A DNA stretch of 64,000 nucleotides from a virus (Duplodnaviria; Caudoviricetes), in IMG/VR virus record IMGVR_UViG_3300035698_028676, positions 1,643-65,642 of that record; one strand, given 5' to 3'. The notes below the pieces were generated by a model. That model saw only the letters and a list, made by a program, of their open reading frames with translations. It was not told the DNA's origin and did not search any database. Below, one piece after another: positions 1 through 7,710 of this stretch. Positions within the stretch are counted from its first letter, which is position 1. Every line of letters begins with the position of its first letter. The position numbers and the translations under genes are program-made.

Positions 1-2
1 TC

Positions 3-203
3 GCCACAACTTACGCACCATTTCAATTATATGATGATCATAGAGAAGAGTTTGACTTTGACTTTAGTCCATGTGAATTTAATGATAAATATAGAAAATG
101 GACAATGAAAATGTGGAGAGCATTTTGGATGTTATGGAAAACTCATGATGAGGAACAAAATGAAAAGGCAAATAAATTTGAAGGAGGTTTAAAAAATGAA
201 TAA
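3..203 (+). CDS. 3' end of a hypothetical protein (truncated by window start)
   Basis: Open frame ATTYAPFQLY...EGGLKNE* from window start; stop overlaps next ATG. Confidence 0.5.
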   Translation, partial: ATTYAPFQLYDDHREEFDFDFSPCEFNDKYRKWTMKMWRAFWMLWKTHDEEQNEKANKFEGGLKNE

Positions 204-543
204 TAAAAAAGGAAGTTTCGGATGGATTATATTTGCCGTTATGGCATTTTTAGTAATTGGATCTTTATCATACAATGTTATATATGCATTTTCAAGTGGA
301 CACGAAACTATAACAATAAAAGAGAAGTGGGTGAAGTATAGCGGAGATGATGCAAAGTATTTAATAAGTTCTGAAGATGGCCAGGTTTTTCAAATAACAG
401 ATAGTATTCTTAAATGGAGATTTGATAGTTCGAATTTATATGCATATTTAGAACAGGGTGAAACATATAATATTGATACTCAAGGATGGAGATTTGGATT
501 TTTATCTAGTTATAAAAATATAATTAGAACTACTACTGCTTAG
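196..543 (+). CDS. Membrane-anchored DUF1523-like viral protein with pilin-like KKG|S N-terminus
   Basis: MNNKKG-SF + TM helix; C-terminal RFDSSNLY...GWRFGFLSSYKNI resembles DUF1523-type proteins; SD GAAGGAGGT. Confidence 0.6.
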   Translation: MNNKKGSFGWIIFAVMAFLVIGSLSYNVIYAFSSGHETITIKEKWVKYSGDDAKYLISSEDGQVFQITDSILKWRFDSSNLYAYLEQGETYNIDTQGWRFGFLSSYKNIIRTTTA

Positions 544-553
544 TATGCCATGA

Positions 554-587
554 TACTACTCCGTAGTAACACCGGAAGGTTTATAAA
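554..587 (+). promoter_or_regulatory. Class A promoter copy 1 (palindromic box + BRE + TATA)
   Basis: TACTAC-TCC-GTAGTA-ACACCGGAAGG-TTTATAAA; ATG 24 nt downstream; extra box at 531-545. Confidence 0.85.
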
Positions 588-611
588 CTATTAGTACCCT
601 ATAGATAGAGT

Positions 612-1094
612 ATGACATCTTATGTAGACAAATTAAAGAATGTATCAGACATTAGAGAAAAGATAAGGGAATGTATTTATAGTTCATCTTATATAATTTG
701 GATAAGGTTTATAATTCCAATGATGGTTTTTATTTTAATCTTGTTAGGAGCTGTACAAACTGTTTATCCATATGAATCTACTTTTCAAGAAGATTTAAAT
801 GCTTCAATAGGAGCTATGGGAATGTCAGTATATAGTATATATAATATTGGAGCAGAAAATCCTAATTGGTTATATTATTCTATTATAGTATTCATTGTCT
901 TAGGTTATTTGGCATTGGAAGAAGTATATCACAATGTCAAAGAAGTTTGGAGTGGAGTTAGAAAAATGGATGCCCAAGAGATAATAGATACAATTAAAGT
1001 TGATAAAGATAGTAAAGGATATGACGATGTCATAGGCCTTTCAAAATTGAAAGGAGGTAAAAGATATAAAAATGATTCCATTAATAATAGGTAG
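612..1094 (+). CDS. Hypothetical membrane protein
   Basis: ORF with 2-3 hydrophobic segments directly after promoter. Confidence 0.7.
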   Translation: MTSYVDKLKNVSDIREKIRECIYSSSYIIWIRFIIPMMVFILILLGAVQTVYPYESTFQEDLNASIGAMGMSVYSIYNIGAENPNWLYYSIIVFIVLGYLALEEVYHNVKEVWSGVRKMDAQEIIDTIKVDKDSKGYDDVIGLSKLKGGKRYKNDSINNR

Positions 1095-1803
1095 TTTAGC
1101 AGCAGTTGTACTAATAGGAGGTATAAGAGTTGTTAATGAATGGGAAGAAGGAGTTACTTTTTTTCTAGGTAAATATCAAGTCACGAAGAAGCCAGGATTC
1201 AGATGGATTTTTCCAATAATACAAACCATGAAAAAAGTAGATAGAAGAATTAGAACTTTAGATGTAGAACCACAGGAATGTATAACTAAAGATAGTGTTA
1301 CAATTAATTTAGATGCAGTAATTTATTTTAAAGTAATAGATACTCGTAAGGCTATAGTAGATGTTAGAAATTTTGAGGCAGCATCATATAAATTTGGACA
1401 GACTGCGCTTAGAGGTATTGTAGGTAAGAAAGAGCTTAGTGATTTACTTGGGAAGAAGGAGGAGATAGGTGAAGAAGTAAAGCTGGCTATACAAGAACCA
1501 ACTAATACTTTTGGAGTAGAGATTACAAATGTTGAAATTAAAGATGTAGTTCTTCCGGATAATATGAAGAGAGCTATGGCTAAGGAGGCTGAGGCTTCGA
1601 GAGAAAAGAAAGCAAGGATTATAAAAGCTTCTGGTGAGTTTGAAGCCAGTAAGAAATTAAGAGAAGCAGCTGACCTTCTAAGTGACAAAGCGATGATTCT
1701 TAGACAACTACAAACATGGCAGGAGATTGGTTCTGAGCAGAACTCTACTATGATACTTGTACCTTCAGACTTAATTTCTAAAGTTCAGGGTTTGACTAAA
1801 TAA
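1072..1803 (+). CDS. SPFH/band 7 (stomatin-like) protein
   Basis: QECITKDSVTINLDAVIYF, QTALRGIVG, VEIKDVVLP, RAMAKEAEA motifs. Confidence 0.92.
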   Translation: MIPLIIGSLAAVVLIGGIRVVNEWEEGVTFFLGKYQVTKKPGFRWIFPIIQTMKKVDRRIRTLDVEPQECITKDSVTINLDAVIYFKVIDTRKAIVDVRNFEAASYKFGQTALRGIVGKKELSDLLGKKEEIGEEVKLAIQEPTNTFGVEITNVEIKDVVLPDNMKRAMAKEAEASREKKARIIKASGEFEASKKLREAADLLSDKAMILRQLQTWQEIGSEQNSTMILVPSDLISKVQGLTK

Positions 1804-1861
1804 ACCTTATATTTTTTATTTTTTATTTTTTTAATAGAGTAGATATGGCATACTTTTAAGT

Positions 1862-1895
1862 TACTACTTAAAAGTGATACCGAAAGGTTTATAAA
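1862..1895 (+). promoter_or_regulatory. Class A promoter copy 2
   Basis: TACTAC-TTA-AAAGTG-ATACCGAAAGG-TTTATAAA. Confidence 0.8.
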
Positions 1896-1931
1896 GTAGA
1901 ATGTATTATTAGATAGTACACCTATTTTAAA

Positions 1932-2054
1932 ATGGATGCACAATCTGAAGAACGTAATAAAAGAAAAGATAAAGCTAAACGTAATAAAGGGTTTCCATAT
2001 AGGAAACTTAGGGTGAGAGAAGAAGAGGGATCATATGAAAGAGGAAAAAAATAA
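1932..2054 (+). CDS. Small basic hypothetical protein (40 aa, not in ORF track)
   Basis: MDAQSEERNKRKDKAKRNKGFPYRKLRVREEEGSYERGKK*, first ORF after promoter. Confidence 0.5.
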   Translation: MDAQSEERNKRKDKAKRNKGFPYRKLRVREEEGSYERGKK

Positions 2055-2181
2055 TAAAGGAAGGACTCCTTGTACTGTGTGGAGTCGTGTCGTGGGATAT
2101 ATGAGAAGTACTGACACATGGAATGATGGTAAGGTTGCAGAATTTGAAGATCGTAAAATGTTCGTAGTAGAATCAAAATGA
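2035..2181 (+). CDS. Stand-alone class III ribonucleotide reductase (NrdD) C-terminal glycyl-radical peptide, 48 aa (not in ORF track)
   Basis: Translated by hand: MKEEKNNKGRTPCTVWSRVVGYMRSTDTWNDGKVAEFEDRKMFVVESK*; SRVVGY..WNxGKxxEFxDR is the NrdD C-terminal signature. Confidence 0.85.
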   Translation: MKEEKNNKGRTPCTVWSRVVGYMRSTDTWNDGKVAEFEDRKMFVVESK

Positions 2182-2876
2182 AGAAAGGATTAGATGAAAA
2201 GTATAATATTAACGAAAATATCTTTGATAAAGATTGTGAAGAAAAGTATTATTGGTTAGGATTTATTTATGGAGATGGATATATTAATAAAAATAGACTG
2301 CAATTAGCTTTGGGTATAGTAGATATTTTACATTTAGAAAAGCTATGTATTTTTCTTGGAAATAAAAAAAGACCAATAAGAATTTTTGAGGTAGATGGTA
2401 ATAATTATTGTGAAGTTAGAATAAGAAATAATACTCTTAGAGATTCATTTGAAAAATATGAGATTACAGTGAATAAGGAAGATAGAGAGAAAAATATTAT
2501 AGGAATGATCCCAGAAGAATATATAAGATTTTTTCTTAGAGGTTTATTTGATGCAGATGGATGCATAGGTTTTTTGAAAGAGAATAGATGGGGTTTTTGT
2601 GAATTGACTGGTAGAGAATATTTAATAAAGGATATATTGAATTATTTGGGAAGTATTAACATTATAGAGAATAATAAACTATATAAGAATGGAAGTATAT
2701 ATAGGATAAGATTTAATAAAGATGAATCTAAGAGATTTTTAAAATATATTTATTTTCCTAACTGTAATATTTATTTAAATAGAAAATATGAGAAGTTTTT
2801 ATTATATTTTAATAAAAGCTATAATCCTGAAGAGATAAATCAGTGGAATTTACAAAACAAGGAAAAATTAAAATGA
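2178..2876 (+). CDS. LAGLIDADG homing endonuclease (free-standing)
   Basis: YWLGFIYGDG and FLRGLFDADG motifs, C-terminal YLNRKY. Confidence 0.9.
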   Translation: MKKGLDEKYNINENIFDKDCEEKYYWLGFIYGDGYINKNRLQLALGIVDILHLEKLCIFLGNKKRPIRIFEVDGNNYCEVRIRNNTLRDSFEKYEITVNKEDREKNIIGMIPEEYIRFFLRGLFDADGCIGFLKENRWGFCELTGREYLIKDILNYLGSINIIENNKLYKNGSIYRIRFNKDESKRFLKYIYFPNCNIYLNRKYEKFLLYFNKSYNPEEINQWNLQNKEKLK

Positions 2877-3073
2877 AAAAAATACCAATAGTATTAGAGC
2901 AATATCAATGCATAGGTTGTGGTCGTAAGTGGTATATAAATACACAAGACAAAGCTGGGAATGAAATGACTTGCCCTTATGGGTGTGAATGCAAAGGTGA
3001 TATCACAAGAAAGTTTGATATGGTTATTAATAGTTATGAAGAATACGCGAAAGAGCCAAGCCTTACTGAGTGA
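2843..3073 (+). CDS. Small zinc-ribbon protein (probable start 2873)
   Basis: CIGC...CPYGC. Confidence 0.6.
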   Translation: MEFTKQGKIKMKKIPIVLEQYQCIGCGRKWYINTQDKAGNEMTCPYGCECKGDITRKFDMVINSYEEYAKEPSLTE

Positions 3074-3437
3074 TAAAAAAGAATTAAACAAATTATGCTT
3101 AAAAATAAGAAGTTGTAAGAAATATAAAGCTTGGAGACAAGCTGTATTACTTAGAGATAATGAAAAGTTAAAGAATCTTCAGGTTCATCATAAAGACCCG
3201 TTCAGAGATATTATATCAAGAAACAATATTAAAAGTATTGAGGATGCAGAGAAATGTAGGGAGCTCTGGAATATATCAAATGGTATAACTATTACAAAAG
3301 GAGAACATAGGATACTATCTTTAATTGAGAGATACAAGTACCATACTGATGGGTTCTTTACAGCAATGTATCAATTGCTTGAAGAACAAGAGGAAGAGAG
3401 GAAGCAATGTAAATTATCAAAACCGAAAGGTTTATAA
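3036..3437 (+). CDS. HNH-family endonuclease-like protein
   Basis: YKAWRQAVLLRD..LQVHHK...LWNISNGITI..EH; start moved from 2979 to second Met. Confidence 0.7.
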   Translation: MKNTRKSQALLSDKKELNKLCLKIRSCKKYKAWRQAVLLRDNEKLKNLQVHHKDPFRDIISRNNIKSIEDAEKCRELWNISNGITITKGEHRILSLIERYKYHTDGFFTAMYQLLEEQEEERKQCKLSKPKGL

Positions 3438-3438
3438 A
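3422..3438 (+). promoter_or_regulatory. Class A promoter copy 3 (BRE-TATA only, no palindromic box)
   Basis: ACCGAAAGG-TTTATAAA, ATG 21 nt downstream. Confidence 0.75.
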
Positions 3439-3459
3439 GGCTGAATAACATAATATAAG

Positions 3460-3669
3460 ATGATAGATACAATAATAATTAGCAATTGGATAGCGGATAA
3501 TACAATTAGTGTTTTAATGACGCTAGGGGTAATTCTTATTATAAAAGGATTAGCTCTTTACAAAGCAGCTAGAAAAGAATCAATGATTTGGTTCTGGGTT
3601 ATGTTAATATTTAATACTTTAGGGATATTACCTTTATTGTATTTAATATTCTCTAAGAGGGCAGATTGA
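3460..3669 (+). CDS. DUF5652-like small membrane protein
   Basis: KGLALYKAARK..IWF....NTLGILPLLY. Confidence 0.75.
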   Translation: MIDTIIISNWIADNTISVLMTLGVILIIKGLALYKAARKESMIWFWVMLIFNTLGILPLLYLIFSKRAD

Positions 3670-4310
3670 TGAATAGAAAAGAATTAAAGAAAGCCTATGA
3701 AGAAGGGCTAATGACACCTGAGGAATTCGGTAAAAGGCTTGTTGAGCTAGAATCTCAAGTTGCTAAGAAGAAGAAGCAGAGCAGAATATATACTGCTTTA
3801 TCTGATGATGAATTTATAAAGTTATTGAATGCAATTAAGAAGCCTATTCATTATATTTGTTTTATACTTGCGGCAGAGAGTGGACTTAGGGTATCAGAGA
3901 TAGTCAATTTGAAATTAGAAGATATAAATTTAAAAGAGCATAAAATATTTATAAGACAAGCAAAGGGACTTAAAGATAGAGTAGTTAATAGTCCAAAACA
4001 TTTAAAGGTTAAGCACCTAAAGTATTTTCCAATAATGATTAAAGAGAGAGCAATTTCTAAAGCATTCTTAAATGCATCTAAAAGAGCTGGTATTAATAAT
4101 ATTATATATACAGATGATGCTGGGAGATCTAGATATAAATATCATTTTCATTGTCTTCGTCATACCTATTGCCAATATTTATTAAAGAATAAAATTCCTG
4201 TTAATGATGTACAGAGGCTACTTGGTCATGCAAATTTAGCTACAACTTCTAGATATGCACAACGTTCCTCGGAAGATGCTATCGCTAGTATTCTTGAGCG
4301 TGGACTTTAA
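3666..4310 (+). CDS. Tyrosine recombinase/integrase (catalytic domain with short SHOCT-like N-terminus)
   Basis: SGLRVSE (R), AKGLKDR (K), HCLRH (HxxR), LLGHAN, TSRY (Y). Confidence 0.92.
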   Translation: MMNRKELKKAYEEGLMTPEEFGKRLVELESQVAKKKKQSRIYTALSDDEFIKLLNAIKKPIHYICFILAAESGLRVSEIVNLKLEDINLKEHKIFIRQAKGLKDRVVNSPKHLKVKHLKYFPIMIKERAISKAFLNASKRAGINNIIYTDDAGRSRYKYHFHCLRHTYCQYLLKNKIPVNDVQRLLGHANLATTSRYAQRSSEDAIASILERGL

Positions 4311-4360
4311 TTAAGTTACTACTTAAAAGTAATATAAGGTTTCCGAAGGAAACCTGGAAA

Positions 4361-4394
4361 TACTACTTTGTAGTAGTACCGAAAAGTTTATAAA
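4361..4394 (+). promoter_or_regulatory. Class A promoter copy 4
   Basis: TACTAC-TTT-GTAGTA-GTACCGAAAAG-TTTATAAA; second box at 4318-4332; hairpin GGTTTCC-GAA-GGAAACC at 4338-4354. Confidence 0.85.
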
Positions 4395-4421
4395 GGATGG
4401 GGGCTATAGAGAGTATATAAG

Positions 4422-4652
4422 ATGAGAACAACATATTTAATTTATTCATTCACGGGGCTTGTTGCATACTTAATACTGAAGAGTATGGCGAATGATATTA
4501 AGTGGATAGCATTAGGATTTGGAGTTGCTATGCTGTTGTTCGGAATGTTTAGTAAACAGAAAGTTATAATTAAGGAAGATAATATGAAAGTAAAAATTAA
4601 TGATCTAAATAAACCAAAGGAGGGCAATAAAAATGGCATTCGAAAAAGTTGA
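4422..4652 (+). CDS. Small membrane protein
   Basis: Two hydrophobic segments; first ORF after promoter. Confidence 0.65.
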   Translation: MRTTYLIYSFTGLVAYLILKSMANDIKWIALGFGVAMLLFGMFSKQKVIIKEDNMKVKINDLNKPKEGNKNGIRKS

Positions 4653-5055
4653 AGTTAATACTTGGAAACCAGTAGCGGACAATGAGTCTGTTGAAGGTAT
4701 TTTTGTAAGAGCTGAGAAAGATGTCGGTACAAATAACTCTATGCTTTATAGTATGGAAGTTGAAGGAAAGCCTATGGCTATTTGGGGCTCTGCAGTTCTA
4801 GATCCAAAGATGAACGCAGTTAAGTCTAGCGACCTAATCAAGATTATATATCTTGGAAAGGGCGAAGCAAAAGGCGGACACAATGCACCAAAGCTATACG
4901 ACGTTTATATCGACTATGAGCACCGGGACAAGATGATGGCTGAAGCAGAATCTGCAGTTACACCTGCAGTTGAAGCACCAGCAGTAGCTGAAGCAGTTAC
5001 ACCTGAAGCACCAGTATCTACACCAGCAGAAGTACCAGTTACACCTGTAGCTTAG
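4633..5055 (+). CDS. Putative OB-fold single-stranded DNA-binding protein
   Basis: WKP....VEG...IWGSAVLD...IKIIYLG pattern resembles viral OB-fold proteins; acidic Pro/Ala tail. Confidence 0.5.
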   Translation: MAFEKVEVNTWKPVADNESVEGIFVRAEKDVGTNNSMLYSMEVEGKPMAIWGSAVLDPKMNAVKSSDLIKIIYLGKGEAKGGHNAPKLYDVYIDYEHRDKMMAEAESAVTPAVEAPAVAEAVTPEAPVSTPAEVPVTPVA

Positions 5056-5140
5056 ATATAGCTAAAATATTATTATTTTATTTTTATTTTTTATAATTAT
5101 AGGCACGTAGCCTTACAAACAAAATACACCAAATAAGAAC

Positions 5141-5560
5141 ATGGAAGAACCAGAAAACAATATAGAGGAAAGAGAAGAAAGCATAGAAGAGATCCCGAGG
5201 GCTATGGATGAGGTAGAAGTTCCTACGGATACTATGAGTAAAATAGAAAACAAAATGGAGGAAATAAAAAATAAAATGGAAGTAAATACACACACACCTG
5301 ATATTAAAAAGAGCAAGACAAGATTTATATTACCAATATTTTTAATATTGATAATACTTGTAGCAGTTGGATATGTAGGCTATGGGAAACATCAAGAAAG
5401 AGTAGCCGAAAAAGAAGTAGAGTTGTTTAGAACATTCACATCATCATTAGCTTTAAGTATATTCAATGAAGCAATTACCTGCAAGCCTATCCCAATAAAT
5501 AATGGGAGTTTAGAGATTAATCTTATTGCAGCAGAATGCCTAACAGCACCTTTGTCTTAG
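5141..5560 (+). CDS. Hypothetical single-pass membrane protein
   Basis: Acidic N-terminus, central TM helix. Confidence 0.7.
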   Translation: MEEPENNIEEREESIEEIPRAMDEVEVPTDTMSKIENKMEEIKNKMEVNTHTPDIKKSKTRFILPIFLILIILVAVGYVGYGKHQERVAEKEVELFRTFTSSLALSIFNEAITCKPIPINNGSLEINLIAAECLTAPLS

Positions 5561-5576
5561 GAATAAAAAAGTTACC

Positions 5577-6671
5577 ATGGTACCAAAAGATATTTTTTTA
5601 AGAGCGCCACTAAGAACTATGGCTGCAGTATTTTCTTGCTTTAGGAGTGCTCCTAGAGCCTATTCCTACCCATTGAGATTAGCCATCGAGAACGGTGTTG
5701 GGTGTAATCTTAACTGTAAAATGTGCGCATTAAGACACATGGATAGACCAAGAGGATTTATAACTTTCGAAAATTTTAAAAAGGTGTATGACCAGGTTAA
5801 ACCGCCTTATTTAAATCTTACTGGATATACTGACAGTTTTTTAAACAAAGATTTATTTAAGATGATTAAGTATGGGAAAGATAATGGCTCTTTTGTTAAG
5901 TTAGATACAAATGCTATGCTTATGACAGCTGATGTAGCTGAAGACTTATTGCTATCTGGTGCTGACGAGATATCTATTTCCATTGATGGCTCAACTCAAA
6001 AGATTTATGGAGATATACGTGTAGGTGGAAACCTTGAAACAGTGAAGAAGAATGTATCTGGGCTTGTAAAACTTCGGAATAGAATAGACTCCAAACTTAG
6101 AATAGATATAGCTGTTGTTGTTCAGAGGGACAATGTTAAAGATTTAGTTAATACTATTAAAATGATTGATGACCTTGGAGTAGATGAAATAAATCCTACT
6201 CCTATTGTTGAGTATGATATAAAAGAGCTTGAAGATTATTTATTAAAAGATATGATAATAGAACTTGATTGTGCTCTTAGTGAAATCAGGAAATCTACTG
6301 CAATTATAGCTGACCTTAACATCCAACCTCTATATCAATATATTGAAGATTATGAAAAAGGAGAATTAAAATATACTACATCAAAACATGTATGTTATAC
6401 TCCTTGGCATAACTGCTATGTTACATGGGAAGGTGATGTAGTTCCTTGTTGTTATTTTTATGATAAACAAATATGTTTTGGAAATGTATTTAGAGAGTCA
6501 TTTAAAGATATATGGAATAATGATAAATACCAAGAATTTAGAAAAAGTAAAGCAATATCTAGAGACTTACCTATATGTCAGACATGTAGAAATGATGAAG
6601 TGTTTCTTGAGAGCAAGTTTAAAAAGATTAGAAAAATTCCTTTAATTAAATCGATGAGTCATAGGAAATAA
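5577..6671 (+). CDS. Radical SAM protein with SPASM/Twitch domain
   Basis: CNLNCKMC; SIDG; CYTPW...GDVVPCC...C..C. Confidence 0.92.
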   Translation: MVPKDIFLRAPLRTMAAVFSCFRSAPRAYSYPLRLAIENGVGCNLNCKMCALRHMDRPRGFITFENFKKVYDQVKPPYLNLTGYTDSFLNKDLFKMIKYGKDNGSFVKLDTNAMLMTADVAEDLLLSGADEISISIDGSTQKIYGDIRVGGNLETVKKNVSGLVKLRNRIDSKLRIDIAVVVQRDNVKDLVNTIKMIDDLGVDEINPTPIVEYDIKELEDYLLKDMIIELDCALSEIRKSTAIIADLNIQPLYQYIEDYEKGELKYTTSKHVCYTPWHNCYVTWEGDVVPCCYFYDKQICFGNVFRESFKDIWNNDKYQEFRKSKAISRDLPICQTCRNDEVFLESKFKKIRKIPLIKSMSHRK

Positions 6672-6673
6672 AA

Positions 6674-6871
6674 ATGGATAGAAAAAAAGTTTTTGATATT
6701 ATTAGAATTATATTTGCTGTAGTATTTGTAGCAATTTGGGGCATAGTAATGTTTGATGCCAGAGATGGTGAAATGTTTATTTTGATTGGAGCGACATTTG
6801 GATGGATGTTATTATTATTTTATATAATAGATATTATATTACCAAGTAGTGAAAAGGAGGAAAAGAAATAA
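6674..6871 (+). CDS. Small two-TM protein
   Basis: Two hydrophobic helices, operon spacing. Confidence 0.65.
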   Translation: MDRKKVFDIIRIIFAVVFVAIWGIVMFDARDGEMFILIGATFGWMLLLFYIIDIILPSSEKEEKK

Positions 6872-6873
6872 AA

Positions 6874-7317
6874 ATGGAAAATAAAAATAAGTTTCAAATA
6901 GTAAGCAAAGTATATCAAGATAATTTCAAAAAAGTTATATTTGTTGTATTCAATTCAGAAACTGGAGAATTAATAAAGAAGACGATGCAGAACAAAGTAG
7001 AAGATGTATATAAAGGTAATGATATGAAAATAATATCTCAGACTGCAAAAGGTATTCAATCTGAAATAAAAGGATTACTTTATGAACATGTAGAATCTAT
7101 AGAAAATAAACTTTGGAATCAAGCTATAGCTGAAGCAGCTAATTGCTGCAATGGATATAACGAGGTAGAAGAAGAAAAAGCAGAATGTAAAACTGAAGAG
7201 CCAAAGAATAAAGCTCAGAATAATCAAGAAGTAAAATTAGATTTAAAGAATTTACTTGATGAAGCAATGAAGCAATTCCCTAATTTAGGGAAAGTTGGAA
7301 ATATTAAAATAAATTAA
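6874..7317 (+). CDS. Hypothetical protein
   Basis: 147-aa ORF with SD AGGAGG. Confidence 0.7.
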   Translation: MENKNKFQIVSKVYQDNFKKVIFVVFNSETGELIKKTMQNKVEDVYKGNDMKIISQTAKGIQSEIKGLLYEHVESIENKLWNQAIAEAANCCNGYNEVEEEKAECKTEEPKNKAQNNQEVKLDLKNLLDEAMKQFPNLGKVGNIKIN

Positions 7318-7328
7318 TATGATAACAA

Positions 7329-7402
7329 GATCCCATAGTCTAGCCCGGTTAAAACATCTCCCTTACACGGAGAAATCCTAGGTTCAAATCCTGGTGGGAT
7401 CA
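7329..7402 (+). tRNA. tRNA-Val (anticodon TAC), no intron, CCA not encoded
   Basis: Acceptor GATCCCA/TGGGATC; anticodon arm TCTCC-CTTACAC-GGAGA; T arm CTAGG-TTCAAAT-CCTGG. Confidence 0.92.
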
Positions 7403-7409
7403 TAACAAA

Positions 7410-7523
7410 ATGAAAACTAAGCAATGTAAAAAGTGCGGGGAGATGCACTTTAATTATCTCGACGCTATGGAGTGTTGTGATGGAGAGGAAAAAATAAAAA
7501 ATGAAGAAAAAATTAACAATTAA
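7410..7523 (+). CDS. Small Cys-rich peptide (37 aa, not in ORF track)
   Basis: MKTKQCKKCGEMHFNYLDAMECCDGEEKIKNEEKINN*. Confidence 0.45.
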   Translation: MKTKQCKKCGEMHFNYLDAMECCDGEEKIKNEEKINN

Positions 7524-7710
7524 ACATCTGACAATTAAACATCTGACGATGAAGCATCTAACAATGAAGCAGAAGATACTTAAGGCACTTGAAGAGCCAA
7601 GACCAAATGTAATATCTGGATTAGCTTCTGGTCTCTTTGCACTATCAATGACTCAGGCTGCCTTGACTATTCAGACTAATACTTTAAAAGAAGTTGGTAT
7701 TTTAAAATGA
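7501..7710 (+). CDS. Small protein with LT(I/M)KH tandem repeats
   Basis: Four 15-nt repeats at 7513-7572; ATGA overlap with radical SAM gene. Confidence 0.6.
   Translation: MKKKLTIKHLTIKHLTMKHLTMKQKILKALEEPRPNVISGLASGLFALSMTQAALTIQTNTLKEVGILK

Noticed and set aside
1922-2176. 84-aa minus-strand ORF in the track
   Set aside because: The + strand holds two better ORFs (1932-2054 and the NrdD peptide) downstream of a promoter.
2178-2876. LAGLIDADG gene as part of an intein or intron
   Set aside because: It has its own ATG in a different frame from the NrdD peptide, no intein C-terminal HN motif and no evident interrupted host gene.
7329-7402. tRNA as prophage attachment boundary
   Set aside because: No duplicate of its 3' end was seen in the window, and gene style and promoter class are the same on both sides.
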